In this document: positions 41,292 to 50,754 of the stretch, one piece after another
Position numbering within the stretch: position 1 is the stretch's first letter
How the letters are laid out: every line of letters begins with the position of its first letter
Source: Bacteroidaceae bacterium
GTDB taxonomy: Bacteria > Bacteroidota > Bacteroidia > Bacteroidales > Bacteroidaceae
Direction of reading: 5' to 3'
Assembly (NCBI GenBank): GCA_017647225.1
Contig: JAGCLA010000023.1
Span: 198,663 to 262,662, forward strand
Length of the DNA stretch: 64,000 bases
The notes under the pieces: generated by a model
Database searches by the model: none
Told to the model about the DNA's origin: nothing
What the model saw: only the letters and a program-made list of their open reading frames with translations
Translations under genes and position numbers: made by a program

Positions 41292-41696
41292 ATGAAAAAC
41301 ACCAAATTTTTTATTATAGCATTAGGTATACTGTTACTTTTAAGTTCTTGTGGAACCTTATTTACACCAAGTAAGCAAAGTATCACCTTTGTAGGTTTAC
41401 CTGAAACAAAAATATATGACAACGGTATAAAACTTGGAGAAATTTCTGATGAAGGTATGACCATCATCAAGATAAGAAAAAAACTAACGGACAAGCAGCT
41501 GTTAGCAAAGAAAAAGGGATATAAAAACACTATTATTTATCTTGACGCTGTTCTTAATCCTGTTTCTATTATTAATTTAACCAACATTTTTGCATGGGCA
41601 ATTGATCTTGCAAGTGGAAAATGCTTCAAATGGGACAACGAGATTATAGAAATAGATATGGAAATAGATGAACGATTCAGAAGAACGATAAAATAA
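41292..41696 (+). CDS. Hypothetical lipoprotein (PEGA-like small domain?)
   Basis: 134 aa. Lipoprotein signal MKNTKFFIIALGILLLLSSCG. No family recognised with confidence. Confidence 0.65.
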   Translation: MKNTKFFIIALGILLLLSSCGTLFTPSKQSITFVGLPETKIYDNGIKLGEISDEGMTIIKIRKKLTDKQLLAKKKGYKNTIIYLDAVLNPVSIINLTNIFAWAIDLASGKCFKWDNEIIEIDMEIDERFRRTIK

Positions 41697-41697
41697 T

Positions 41698-41720
41698 AAA
41701 TGCCGGTAAAACCGGCATTT
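41698..41720. terminator. Bidirectional hairpin terminator between the lipoprotein gene (+) and the polyprenyl synthase gene (-)
   Basis: AAATGCCGGT-aaa-ACCGGCATTT, with A/T runs on both sides, lying exactly between the two convergent stops. Confidence 0.75.
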
Positions 41721-41721
41721 A

Positions 41722-42696
41722 TTATTTATTTCTTTTTATTACATAATCAATATACGCAACCAAAGCATCTTGCAATTCTGGAGATATATCCTTAGGCAAT
41801 GACTCTATAGCCTCATTCCTATACCTGTCGATAGTTGCATTGGCATACTCTACTCCACCCTCCGATTTTGCTATTTCAATAAATGTTTCTATCTCCTTTT
41901 CATCGAGATTAATTCCATTTATCAATTTATCCTTTATAGGTAATAGAGCTTCATTCTTGCTATTGTTAAGGACATATATTGCCGGAAGTGTAATTTTACC
42001 TTCACGCATGTCACTACCTGTAGGCTTGCCTATATCGTTATTGAAATAATCGAAAATATCGTCCTTGATCTGGAAGCATATACCCACACACTTGCCGAAC
42101 TTTTCGAAAGCAGCGGCATACTCGTCCTTATCACCTACAGAATATACTGCACAAAGAGCACTGCATACAAACAGCGACGCAGTCTTGTTATATATAACCT
42201 TGAAATAGTTTTCCTCGCTGTATGTACCCTCCTGCTCCAATTCGACCTGCATGACCTCACCACTTGACAATTCCTTACCAAGATTTGCAAGTTCCTCGAT
42301 TATACGAATATCACCTGTCTTGGCGGCATTGTTAAGAGCCTGAGAAAAGAGATAATCGCCGGTCAAAACGGCAATATTATTATTAAAAGCAATGTTCAAC
42401 GAAGGACGTCCGCGACGCATGTTGCTCTCGTCGATAACATCGTCGTGCAAAAGGCTTGCCGAATGAAGCAACTCCATTGCCGAAGCTGCCGCAAAGGCTC
42501 TCTCTGTAACCTTGCCAAGACTTTTGGCAACAAGCAACATAAGCATGGGGCGCATCAGCTTGCCGGCTGACTCGCTTACGTATGACAAAGCGCAGTTCAA
42601 AAGCTCTACATCACTTGTGAACTGTTGCTTGAAATAGGCGCTGAAATCATCAATCTCCTGCCTAATAGGTGCTTGTATCGTTGCAAGGTAATCCAT
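41722..42696 (-). CDS. Polyprenyl diphosphate synthase (IspB-like, long-chain trans-prenyltransferase)
   Basis: ORF 41722..42747, trimmed to the ATG at 42696 (MDYLATIQAP..). The first and second Asp-rich motifs are LLHDDVIDES and QIKDDIFD. The longer start would overlap the candidate promoter box. Confidence 0.88.
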   Translation of the reverse strand: MDYLATIQAPIRQEIDDFSAYFKQQFTSDVELLNCALSYVSESAGKLMRPMLMLLVAKSLGKVTERAFAAASAMELLHSASLLHDDVIDESNMRRGRPSLNIAFNNNIAVLTGDYLFSQALNNAAKTGDIRIIEELANLGKELSSGEVMQVELEQEGTYSEENYFKVIYNKTASLFVCSALCAVYSVGDKDEYAAAFEKFGKCVGICFQIKDDIFDYFNNDIGKPTGSDMREGKITLPAIYVLNNSKNEALLPIKDKLINGINLDEKEIETFIEIAKSEGGVEYANATIDRYRNEAIESLPKDISPELQDALVAYIDYVIKRNK

Positions 42697-42746
42697 AAAA
42701 ATCGTTTTCGAGGTGTTGAATGAACAACACTTATTATATTTAACCA

Positions 42747-42754
42747 CAAAAGTA
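42747..42754 (-). promoter_or_regulatory. Candidate -7 promoter box (TACTTTTG) for the polyprenyl synthase gene
   Basis: The reverse complement of caaaagta matches TAnnTTTG, about 50 nt upstream of the ATG at 42696. Confidence 0.4.
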
Positions 42755-42818
42755 ATAAAAAAGAATATGGATAGTAGTAAAAATTATGTATTTTTACAAT
42801 CAGTTTAAGGATAAGAAA

Positions 42819-45650
42819 ATGGAAAAACTATTTTTGCTTGACGCATACGCGCTTATATACAGAGCATATTATGCTTTTATAAAGAATCCGAGAATAAACT
42901 CCAAAGGATTCAACACTTCGGCTATACTCGGTTTTATAAATACTCTTGAAGATGTACTGAAAAAAGAAAACCCCACACATATAGGTATAGCCTTTGACCC
43001 TAAAGGACCCACATTCCGACACGAGGCATACGAAGAGTACAAGGCTCAACGCGAAGAGACACCTGAGGTTATCAGAGAGTCTGTTCCTGTGATAAAGGAG
43101 TTTATAAAGGCATATAATATACCCATATTCGAAGTTCCCGGATATGAGGCTGACGATGTTATAGGTACATTGGCAAAACAAGCGGAGAAAAGGGGAATAA
43201 TAACATATATGATGACCCCTGACAAAGATTATGGACAGCTTGTTTCGGACACCACATTCATATACCGCCCCAAGTATGGTGACAAAGAATTCGAGGTAAT
43301 GGGTGTAGAAAGGGTAAAAGAGAAATTCTGTATTGACAACACAATGCAGGTTATCGACCTTTTGGGACTCATGGGCGATGCAAGCGACAATATCCCTGGT
43401 TGCCCTGGCGTAGGAGAAAAAACAGCACAAAAACTTATAGCCCAATTCGGCAGTATTGAAAACCTGCTCGAAAGGACAGACGAACTTAAAGGAGCACTAA
43501 AGACAAAAGTCGAAGAAAACAGGGAAAAAATCATTTTCAGCAAATTCCTTGCAACAATAAAAACAGATGTTCCCATTGAACTCGACATGGAAGCATTAAA
43601 AAGAGAAGCTGCGAATGATGACGAACTCACACGACTGCTTGACTTTTATGAACTGCGAGCACTTAAAGAGAGAGTAAAGAAAAGTATGGCAGCTCCAACA
43701 CTTTTCGATGATTTTGCGACAGAGGCAAAACAGCCGGCTACAGGAGTAACAAAAAAATCTTCACAAAACACAGCAATTCAAGGCTCTCTCTTTGATTTTT
43801 TTGCGACCGAAGATACAGGCGAAGAAAAAAAATCGAGCCATTTGAGCTTAAAAGAGGTGCCACACACCTACAAACTCATTGATACAGAGGAAGATATACG
43901 CAATTTAGTTCTTGCGGTAAAAAAATGTCAAACAGTGTGTTTTGACACAGAAACTACAAGTACCAACGCCCTTGATGCCGAAATTGTAGGATTGAGCCTT
44001 GCTGTAAAGGAAGGCGAAGCGTTTTACATTCCAATGCCGGCAAAAAGAGAAGAAGCCACTACCCGACTCGAACTGTTGAGAGAAATTTTTGAAAATGAAG
44101 AAACGGAGAAGGTCGGACAAAATATAAAATATGACATTACCATTCTTGCCAACTATGGTATAGAGGTAAAAGGTAAACTTTTCGATACAATGATAGCCCA
44201 CTACGTTCTGCAACCTGAGCTGTATCATGGAATGGACTATCTTGCCGAAATTTACCTTGACTATGACACTATAAAAATTGAAGAGCTTATTGGCGAGAAA
44301 GGTAAGACACAAAAGAACATGCGCGACATTGCACCGGCAAATATATGTGACTACGCATGTGAAGATGCAGATGTAACACTCAAACTGAAGAACATTCTCG
44401 AGAAGGAGATAAAGAACGAAGGACTAACCGAACTCTTCTACGACATTGAGATGCCACTTGTTCCTGTACTTGCATATATGGAACGCAACGGTGCGCGTAT
44501 AGACACTGCCGCATTGAAAGAGACATCTACCCTATTCGGTAAACGCCTTGCCGATATTGAAGAAGAAATCTATTCACTTGCCGGCGAGCCCTTCAACATC
44601 TCGTCGCCACGACAGGTAGGAGATATCCTGTTCGGTAAACTAAAGATTGTCGATAAGCCCAAAAAGACAAAGACAGGACAATATGTAACATCGGAAGAGG
44701 TTCTCGCACAAGTACAGAACCGCCACCCTATTGTAAAAAAGATTCTACAGCATCGTGGACTGAAGAAACTGTTAAGCACATATATCGATGCCCTCCCGTC
44801 GCTTGTAAATTCACGAAGCGGAAAGATACACACATCGTATAACCAGACAGTGACAGCAACAGGACGATTGAGTTCAAGCAACCCTAACCTGCAGAACATA
44901 CCTATTCGCGATGAAGACGGAAAAGAGGTGCGCAAAGCCTTTGTTCCCGACGAGGGATGCATGTTCCTTTCGGCCGACTATTCGCAGATAGAACTGCGCA
45001 TAATGGCACACCTGAGCGGCGACAAGAATATGATTGATGACTTCCGCAGCGGATATGACATTCACGCAGCCACAGCAGCCAAGATATACAAGAAACCTAT
45101 TGAAGAGGTTACAAAGGACGAGCGCCGAAAAGCCAAAGTTGCCAATTTTGGTATCATATACGGAATTTCAGTGTTTGGACTTGCCGAAAGAATGAATGTT
45201 GACCGTCGCGAAGCAAAAGAGCTTATTGAGAACTATTTCGATACCTACAAAGGTGTTTACGAATACATTGAAAAGTGCAAGCAAGAGGCTAAAGCAAACG
45301 GTTTTGTCGAAACTATATTCCACCGCAAACGCTACTTGCCCGACATTAACTCACACAATGCAGTAGTGCGCGGATATGCTGAACGAAATGCTGTAAATGC
45401 ACCTATACAGGGTAGTGCAGCCGACATTATAAAGGTAGCAATGATACGTATTTACCGCAGAATGAAAGCCGAGAATTTACGTTCGACAATGATACTGCAG
45501 GTACATGACGAATTGAATTTCAACGTCGTACCCGAAGAACGTGACACAATACAAAAACTTGTAGTAGAGGAGATGCAGAACGCATTTGCCATGAGTGTTC
45601 CTTTAATAGCTGACTATGGCTGGGGAAACAATTGGTTAGAAGCACATTAA
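42819..45650 (+). CDS. polA: DNA polymerase I
   Basis: ORF 42786..45650, trimmed to the ATG at 42819 (MEKLFLLDAYALIYRAYYA, the 5'-3' exonuclease N-terminus). Polymerase motif A is DYSQIELR, motif B is RRKAKVANFGIIYG, motif C is QVHDEL. Confidence 0.95.
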   Translation: MEKLFLLDAYALIYRAYYAFIKNPRINSKGFNTSAILGFINTLEDVLKKENPTHIGIAFDPKGPTFRHEAYEEYKAQREETPEVIRESVPVIKEFIKAYNIPIFEVPGYEADDVIGTLAKQAEKRGIITYMMTPDKDYGQLVSDTTFIYRPKYGDKEFEVMGVERVKEKFCIDNTMQVIDLLGLMGDASDNIPGCPGVGEKTAQKLIAQFGSIENLLERTDELKGALKTKVEENREKIIFSKFLATIKTDVPIELDMEALKREAANDDELTRLLDFYELRALKERVKKSMAAPTLFDDFATEAKQPATGVTKKSSQNTAIQGSLFDFFATEDTGEEKKSSHLSLKEVPHTYKLIDTEEDIRNLVLAVKKCQTVCFDTETTSTNALDAEIVGLSLAVKEGEAFYIPMPAKREEATTRLELLREIFENEETEKVGQNIKYDITILANYGIEVKGKLFDTMIAHYVLQPELYHGMDYLAEIYLDYDTIKIEELIGEKGKTQKNMRDIAPANICDYACEDADVTLKLKNILEKEIKNEGLTELFYDIEMPLVPVLAYMERNGARIDTAALKETSTLFGKRLADIEEEIYSLAGEPFNISSPRQVGDILFGKLKIVDKPKKTKTGQYVTSEEVLAQVQNRHPIVKKILQHRGLKKLLSTYIDALPSLVNSRSGKIHTSYNQTVTATGRLSSSNPNLQNIPIRDEDGKEVRKAFVPDEGCMFLSADYSQIELRIMAHLSGDKNMIDDFRSGYDIHAATAAKIYKKPIEEVTKDERRKAKVANFGIIYGISVFGLAERMNVDRREAKELIENYFDTYKGVYEYIEKCKQEAKANGFVETIFHRKRYLPDINSHNAVVRGYAERNAVNAPIQGSAADIIKVAMIRIYRRMKAENLRSTMILQVHDELNFNVVPEERDTIQKLVVEEMQNAFAMSVPLIADYGWGNNWLEAH

Positions 45651-45693
45651 TTATTTATATTTGTAATACTATCAAATAATGGTAAGTATATTT

Positions 45694-45712
45694 AGCCTAA
45701 TACTATTAGGCT
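45694..45712 (+). terminator. Short hairpin after polA
   Basis: AGCCTAAT-act-ATTAGGCT, an 8-bp stem followed by CACATTTT, 44 nt past the polA stop. Confidence 0.45.
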
Positions 45713-45759
45713 CACATTTTCTATTATGATGCTTTGAACCTTAAAAACTATATTAAGCT

Positions 45760-46122
45760 ATAAAAAAATTATTTACAGTTTTTGCAGTATCCATTGCAAT
45801 ACTATGTTTGGGAAGTTGTGGAGTAGCAACAAGTTATCCACTCAGTATCACTGAAACAAAAGTTACATTAGCAGAAAACAATTTCAAAATAGTTGGCAAA
45901 ACTTATGGTGAAGCATCTGCTACATATATCTGCGGTATCGGAGGATTAAGCAAAAAGGCACTAAAAAATAATGCCATCAACGAAATGTCAAAGAATGCAA
46001 ACCTTACCGGTGCACAGACTTTAACAAATATTACAACAAATGTTTCTATCAAGATGATAACCCCTCTCTATGTTCAGATAACCTACACTGCAACAGCCAA
46101 TATAATTGAGTTTACAAAGTAA
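45760..46122 (+). CDS. Small hypothetical lipoprotein whose expected start codon reads ATA (non-canonical start or start-loss pseudogene)
   Basis: The ORF track starts at TTG 45808 (MGSCGVATS..). The same frame is open upstream to the stop at 45742..45744 and encodes (ATA)KKLFTVFAVSIAILCLGSCGVATS.., a textbook lipoprotein signal and lipobox lacking only an ATG/GTG/TTG at its head. Confidence 0.45.
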   Translation: MKKLFTVFAVSIAILCLGSCGVATSYPLSITETKVTLAENNFKIVGKTYGEASATYICGIGGLSKKALKNNAINEMSKNANLTGAQTLTNITTNVSIKMITPLYVQITYTATANIIEFTK

Positions 46123-46140
46123 CTGAATGTATTTCAAATA

Positions 46141-46172
46141 AAAAACGGTATCAGAATTCTGATACCGTTTTT
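46141..46172. terminator. Bidirectional hairpin terminator between two convergent small genes
   Basis: AAAAACGGTATCAG-aatt-CTGATACCGTTTTT, a perfect 14-bp stem including flanking A and T runs. Confidence 0.8.
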
Positions 46173-46188
46173 TATGACTTTATGATTA

Positions 46189-46602
46189 TCATTCAGTTAC
46201 TTTCTGTGCTTTTCTATAGTCCTTTTTTCTCATAAGGCCTTCCTTAACATCTTCAAGGTTACTGGTTTCCTTATAGAAAATCCAATGTTTGATTGAAGTC
46301 TTTGAAGAGTATGCAGCAGAATACGCTTCCTGTAAAGTCCAACCCCTTTCAGACATAAAATTGGCAGTATCGACAATACTTCTGAATTTTATTCTTTTGC
46401 CATTTTCGTCAACGAATTTCAATTTACGGCTCTTGCAGTTCCAGAGTTCCTTAGATACTTTTTCACCGAAATCAAAAACCGGTTTAATTTTAGATTTCAC
46501 ACCTTTCTCATAACCTTTAACCTCGCAATAATACTTGTGTGACTGTGCAAAAGAGGTCAATGCACAAAACACGAGGAAAAATACAAGTAAATACCTTTTC
46601 AT
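46189..46602 (-). CDS. Hypothetical secreted protein
   Basis: 137 aa. Signal peptide MKRYLLVFFLVFCALTSFAQ. Lys-rich. The C-terminal ..ERGWTLQEAY..HWIFYKE is reminiscent of small DUF4177-like domains. No confident family call. Confidence 0.65.
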   Translation of the reverse strand: MKRYLLVFFLVFCALTSFAQSHKYYCEVKGYEKGVKSKIKPVFDFGEKVSKELWNCKSRKLKFVDENGKRIKFRSIVDTANFMSERGWTLQEAYSAAYSSKTSIKHWIFYKETSNLEDVKEGLMRKKDYRKAQKVTE

Positions 46603-46743
46603 ATTCTTTCTGTTTAGTAAGTTTAAATTATTGTTTTATATCTGTAAAATCAATTTTTGAAAATTATAAAAAATTTTATAATTAATTGGCTTGCAATTTA
46701 GTAAATTATTCAATCCCCACCAATAAATTTATATCATTTATCT

Positions 46744-46786
46744 AAAAAAAAAGAAATCGGAGAGAGTCTTTAAACTTTCTCCGATT
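46744..46786 (-). terminator. Rho-independent terminator downstream of the tRNA
   Basis: AATCGGAGA-14 nt-TCTCCGATT, followed on the minus strand by a run of 9 T. Confidence 0.7.
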
Positions 46787-46789
46787 CAG

Positions 46790-46863
46790 TAGCGAGACCC
46801 GGGATTGAACCGGGGACCTCATGATTATGAATCATGCGCTCTAACCAGCTGAGCTATCTCGCC
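46790..46863 (-). tRNA. tRNA with anticodon CAT (elongator tRNA-Met or lysidine-modified tRNA-Ile2; not the initiator)
   Basis: The reverse complement is GGCGAGATAGCTCAGCTGGTTAGAGCGCATGATTCATAATCATGAGGTCCCCGGTTCAATCCCGGGTCTCGCTA. It has a 7-bp acceptor stem (G1-U72 wobble), D arm GCTC/GAGC, anticodon stem CATGA/TCATG with loop TTCATAA, and T arm CCCGG-TTCAATC-CCGGG. No CCA is encoded. Confidence 0.9.
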
Positions 46864-46880
46864 ATCGCATTTTTGCGGTG

Positions 46881-46888
46881 CAAAGATA
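46881..46888 (-). promoter_or_regulatory. -7 promoter box (TATCTTTG) for the tRNA gene
   Basis: The reverse complement of caaagata is TATCTTTG, a perfect TAnnTTTG match. Its downstream edge lies 17 nt from the mature tRNA 5' end. Confidence 0.55.
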
Positions 46889-47087
46889 TATTTATAATTT
46901 GAATATGACAAGTATTTTACAATTTTTCATCAAAAAAATATTCAAAAAGAACCATAAAAGCCTGTTATTTGTTTGAAGTAGTAGCAAAATGGCAAAAAAA
47001 CATATCTTATTTTTTTGAATTTCAAATATAAATTTCTATCTTGCAACTGATATACAACCACTTATACTTACCCATTCATAACTTTTT

Positions 47088-47471
47088 ATGATGAGCAAAG
47101 AAAAGATTTATATAGAGTATCCTTTGAAAGGTAGCGCTTCAATGATATGGCGTTATATAGGCACATCATCAGGATTATCACCTTGGTTTGCCGACAAAGT
47201 GGAAAATATAGACCGTACATTCACTTTTTATTGGGGTAAAACCGAAAAAAGAATAGCCCACCTTATTGCACAAAGAAATGGGGTATATGTAAAATTCAGA
47301 TGGGACGACGAAAGTCATAATACCTATTTTGAAATGAGAATTACATATAATGAACTTACAAGAGAACACACTCTTGAAGTAACGGACTTTGCCGATAAGA
47401 ATGAGATTGAAGACCAAAAGGACTTGTGGGATTCTCAAATAGAAAATTTAAGACGTCAGTCAGGAATGTAA
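47088..47471 (+). CDS. START-like / SRPBCC-fold domain protein
   Basis: 127 aa, cytoplasmic. The IYIEYPLKGSASMIWRYIGTSSGLSPWFADKV N-terminus resembles Bacteroidota START-like domain proteins. This is a family-level call only. Confidence 0.6.
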   Translation: MMSKEKIYIEYPLKGSASMIWRYIGTSSGLSPWFADKVENIDRTFTFYWGKTEKRIAHLIAQRNGVYVKFRWDDESHNTYFEMRITYNELTREHTLEVTDFADKNEIEDQKDLWDSQIENLRRQSGM

Positions 47472-47630
47472 CAATTAGTTTTTATACCCTTGTTGCTGTA
47501 TAATCAATCATTTTATACTAACTTTGTAAAGTGAAAAACTACCTTTTTGAAGGTAGCTTTTCTGTATAAATACATTTGATACTATAAAAAACAACCATAC
47601 ATGAGATTGCCGGGATTGCATATAAAAAAA

Positions 47631-49511
47631 ATGGATCTTTTTATAACAAAGACCTTTTTGAGTAATCTTTTGGGTACTTTCTTTATATGTCTGTTCATAT
47701 TCATAATGCAGTTGCTGTGGATGTGGGTAGATGATTTTGTCGAGAAAGGCCTTGATATGGCCATTCTTCTTAAATTCTTTGCATACGGATCAATAACACT
47801 TGTTTCACAGGCACTTCCTCTTTCAATACTTCTTGCTGCACTGATGACATTCGGTAATTTTGGCGAGAAGCTTGAATTGCTTTCCATGAAGGCTGCAGGA
47901 ATACCGTTATTACGAATAATGACACCTTTGATTGTGTGTTGTACCATTCTGTGCGGAATATCATTCTATTTTCAGAATATAATAAGCCCGTATGCACAGA
48001 TGAAGCTATACACCATGATGTATTCCATCAAGCAGTCATCACCTGAAAGCGAAATACCTGAAGGTATATTCTATGACAGAATCGATGGATACAATATATA
48101 TGTAGAGCATAAGGATAAAGAAACCGGAATACTACACAATGTCATAATTTATGATATGTCTTCAGGTTTTGACAATGCCAATATACTTGTTTCCGACTCG
48201 GCTGAAATTATAAATACAACCGATAACAAACTGATGGTCATGGCTCTTTATTCGGGAGAGCAGTTTTCGAACCTTACCGACCAACAAACAAAAAAACAGA
48301 ACAGACCTTACCGCCGCGAAACATTTACCAAAAAAGAGGTGCTTATAAAAATAGACGGTGGCTTTGAAATGAAGGATGCCGATTTTATAAAGTCAAACGC
48401 CGCAAGCAAAAACATCAAGGAATTAAGTTCATCAATAGACTCTCTTACACTTGCCAATGACAGTGTTGGAGAAAAGAACTGGGATAGCGCTCTGCGTTCA
48501 ACATATAGAACACGTTTGAATTTCAACTCAAACGATACTATAAAAATGAACAGGGACAATATACATAACATTAATGTTGACAGTGTTTTCAATATAGCTA
48601 CAAAGAACAACAAGCTTATATGGAAACGCGCACAATTCAACAAAATAAAACAGATTAAAATTGACTATGAGATTAAGGGAAACATAATGCGTTCTCTTGA
48701 TAAAGACCTCAACAGACATAAAATTGCATTCTGGGAGAAATTCACTCTATCACTCGGTTGTCTTATATTTTTCTTTATAGGTGCTCCTCTTGGTGCCATT
48801 GTACGTAAGGGTGGATTGGGATATCCTGTTCTCATATCGGTAGCTACATTCATTCTTTACTATATATTTACGACATCGGGAGCAAAAATGGCCCGTGAAG
48901 GTGAATGGTATGCGTGGTTCGGAGCATGGCTAAGCACCATGATATTGTTACCGCTTGGAATATTCTTCACCTATCAGGCAAACAAAGATTCCGGAATATT
49001 CAATGGAGATGCTATAAAACTATTCTTTAGAACATTGTTTGCCATACCAGAAAAACGCAATATAACAATTAAAGAGGTTATTATAGAAGACCCTGACTAC
49101 AGGAATTGCGCTATCGTACTCGATGAAATTTACAACGAAGCACGAACATACAAGAAAAACAATAACTTAAAGAAACTGCCAACCATACAAAGTGTATTCT
49201 TCAATACAGATAACAATACACTTGTCGATTTCAATAATAAACTGGAGCAAATTATAAATGTGCTTGGAAACAGTAGGGAAAGAAAGGTGATTATACAACT
49301 TAACGAATTCCCTGTACTTTCAATAAACGCAATATCATCACCATTCAAAAAAACTTGGTTGAATATATTATCTATCATTGTACTTCCTTTGGGAATAATT
49401 ATATATCTTCGTGCAATAATGTTTAGAATACGTTTATTGAAAAACATTGTTAAGATAGAGAGTATCAGTAAAAAAATTATAAATACGCTTAAAAAGCAAA
49501 ATTTTATATAA
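47631..49511 (+). CDS. LptF/LptG-family permease (long Bacteroidota form with C-terminal extension)
   Basis: ORF 47601..49511, trimmed to the ATG at 47631 ([24 protein letters not shown]..). It shows the 3 TM + periplasmic domain + 3 TM layout of YjgP/YjgQ, followed by about 160 extra residues with one more hydrophobic helix. Confidence 0.8.
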   Translation: MDLFITKTFLSNLLGTFFICLFIFIMQLLWMWVDDFVEKGLDMAILLKFFAYGSITLVSQALPLSILLAALMTFGNFGEKLELLSMKAAGIPLLRIMTPLIVCCTILCGISFYFQNIISPYAQMKLYTMMYSIKQSSPESEIPEGIFYDRIDGYNIYVEHKDKETGILHNVIIYDMSSGFDNANILVSDSAEIINTTDNKLMVMALYSGEQFSNLTDQQTKKQNRPYRRETFTKKEVLIKIDGGFEMKDADFIKSNAASKNIKELSSSIDSLTLANDSVGEKNWDSALRSTYRTRLNFNSNDTIKMNRDNIHNINVDSVFNIATKNNKLIWKRAQFNKIKQIKIDYEIKGNIMRSLDKDLNRHKIAFWEKFTLSLGCLIFFFIGAPLGAIVRKGGLGYPVLISVATFILYYIFTTSGAKMAREGEWYAWFGAWLSTMILLPLGIFFTYQANKDSGIFNGDAIKLFFRTLFAIPEKRNITIKEVIIEDPDYRNCAIVLDEIYNEARTYKKNNNLKKLPTIQSVFFNTDNNTLVDFNNKLEQIINVLGNSRERKVIIQLNEFPVLSINAISSPFKKTWLNILSIIVLPLGIIIYLRAIMFRIRLLKNIVKIESISKKIINTLKKQNFI

Positions 49512-49516
49512 CCATA

Positions 49517-50734
49517 ATGGAAAATTTCAAACTTAATACAATAGAAGAGGCTCTTGATGATTTCAGAGAGGGAAAAATTGTAATTGTTGTTGATGACGAA
49601 GACAGAGAGAATGAAGGTGACTTTATTATCGCTGCCGAAAAGATAACTCCTGAAACCGTTAATTTCATGCTTAAAAACGGTAGGGGAGTGTTGTGCGCAC
49701 CTATTACTCTTTCACGTTGTAAGGAGCTTCAGCTTGAGCCACAGGTAAGTTCAAACACAAGTTTGCTCGGAACACCATTTACTGTTACGGTTGACAAAGT
49801 TGAGGGTTGTACTACAGGTGTATCCACAGCCGACAGAGCTGCAACAATTAAGGCTCTTGCCGACCCCACAAGCAAACCCGAAACATTTGCACGTCCGGGA
49901 CACATAAACCCGCTTTATGCACAGGACAACGGAGTATTACGCCGTGCCGGACATACCGAAGCCAGCATTGACCTTGCACGTTTGGCCGGTCTTTACCCTG
50001 CAGCTGCCCTTATTGAGATTATGAATGAGGACGGTACTATGGCACGTATGCCACAGCTTGTAGAGATAGCAAAAGAGTATGATTTAAAAATCATATCAAT
50101 CAAAGACCTTATCGAATACCGTCTTAAAAAGGAATCACTTGTTGAAAAAGGCGAAGAGGTTGATATGCCTACCGAACATGGTCATTTCCGTCTCATACCA
50201 TTCCGTCAGAAATCAAATGGACTTGAACATATAGCTCTTATAAAAGGAGAATGGAATGAAGATGAAGCTATAATTGTACGTGTACATTCATCATGCATGA
50301 CAGGAGATATATTCGGTTCACAGCGTTGCGATTGCGGAGCACAGCTTCACGAAGCAATGAAACTTATCGAAAAAAATGGAAAGGGTGTTATCGTATATCT
50401 CAATCAAGAGGGTCGTGGTATAGGATTAATGAACAAGATGCGTGCATACAAATTACAGGAAGAGGGTATGGACACCGTCGATGCAAACCTTTGCCTTGGA
50501 TTTAAAGCCGATGAAAGGGATTACGGAGTAGGTGCTGAAATACTGCGTCAGATAGGAGTACATAAAATGCGTCTTATCACCAATAACCCTGTAAAGAGAA
50601 TTGGACTTGAAAGCTACGGCTTGACAATAACTGAAAATATCAGTATCGAGATTGAGCCAAACAACTACAATTCCCGTTATCTTCATACAAAAGCTGAACG
50701 AATGGGACACACACTACATTTCAATAAAGATTAA
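49517..50734 (+). CDS. ribBA: Bifunctional 3,4-dihydroxy-2-butanone-4-phosphate synthase / GTP cyclohydrolase II
   Basis: 405 aa. RibB motif [13 protein letters not shown]. RibA Zn site [18 protein letters not shown] and the [11 protein letters not shown] motif. Confidence 0.95.
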   Translation: MENFKLNTIEEALDDFREGKIVIVVDDEDRENEGDFIIAAEKITPETVNFMLKNGRGVLCAPITLSRCKELQLEPQVSSNTSLLGTPFTVTVDKVEGCTTGVSTADRAATIKALADPTSKPETFARPGHINPLYAQDNGVLRRAGHTEASIDLARLAGLYPAAALIEIMNEDGTMARMPQLVEIAKEYDLKIISIKDLIEYRLKKESLVEKGEEVDMPTEHGHFRLIPFRQKSNGLEHIALIKGEWNEDEAIIVRVHSSCMTGDIFGSQRCDCGAQLHEAMKLIEKNGKGVIVYLNQEGRGIGLMNKMRAYKLQEEGMDTVDANLCLGFKADERDYGVGAEILRQIGVHKMRLITNNPVKRIGLESYGLTITENISIEIEPNNYNSRYLHTKAERMGHTLHFNKD

Positions 50735-50754
50735 AAATTTAACCATAAAATAAT

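Noticed and set aside
42828-43630. 205-aa and 133-aa minus-strand ORFs inside polA, together with similar antisense ORFs inside susC, nrdD, fucI, metG, lepB and frdA listed in the ORF track.
   Set aside because: All lie wholly within and opposite to genes with strong family evidence. None has a signal peptide, a domain motif or its own intergenic space.
45651-46789. The region next to the tRNA 3' end considered as a remnant integrative island.
   Set aside because: There is no integrase. I could not see a direct repeat of the tRNA 3' end. The region holds only two small genes, bounded by polA 1.1 kb away.
49512-49516. An FMN riboswitch expected upstream of ribBA.
   Set aside because: Only 5 nt separate the lptFG-like stop from the ribBA ATG, so there is no room for a riboswitch. 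ribBA must be co-transcribed with the upstream gene here.
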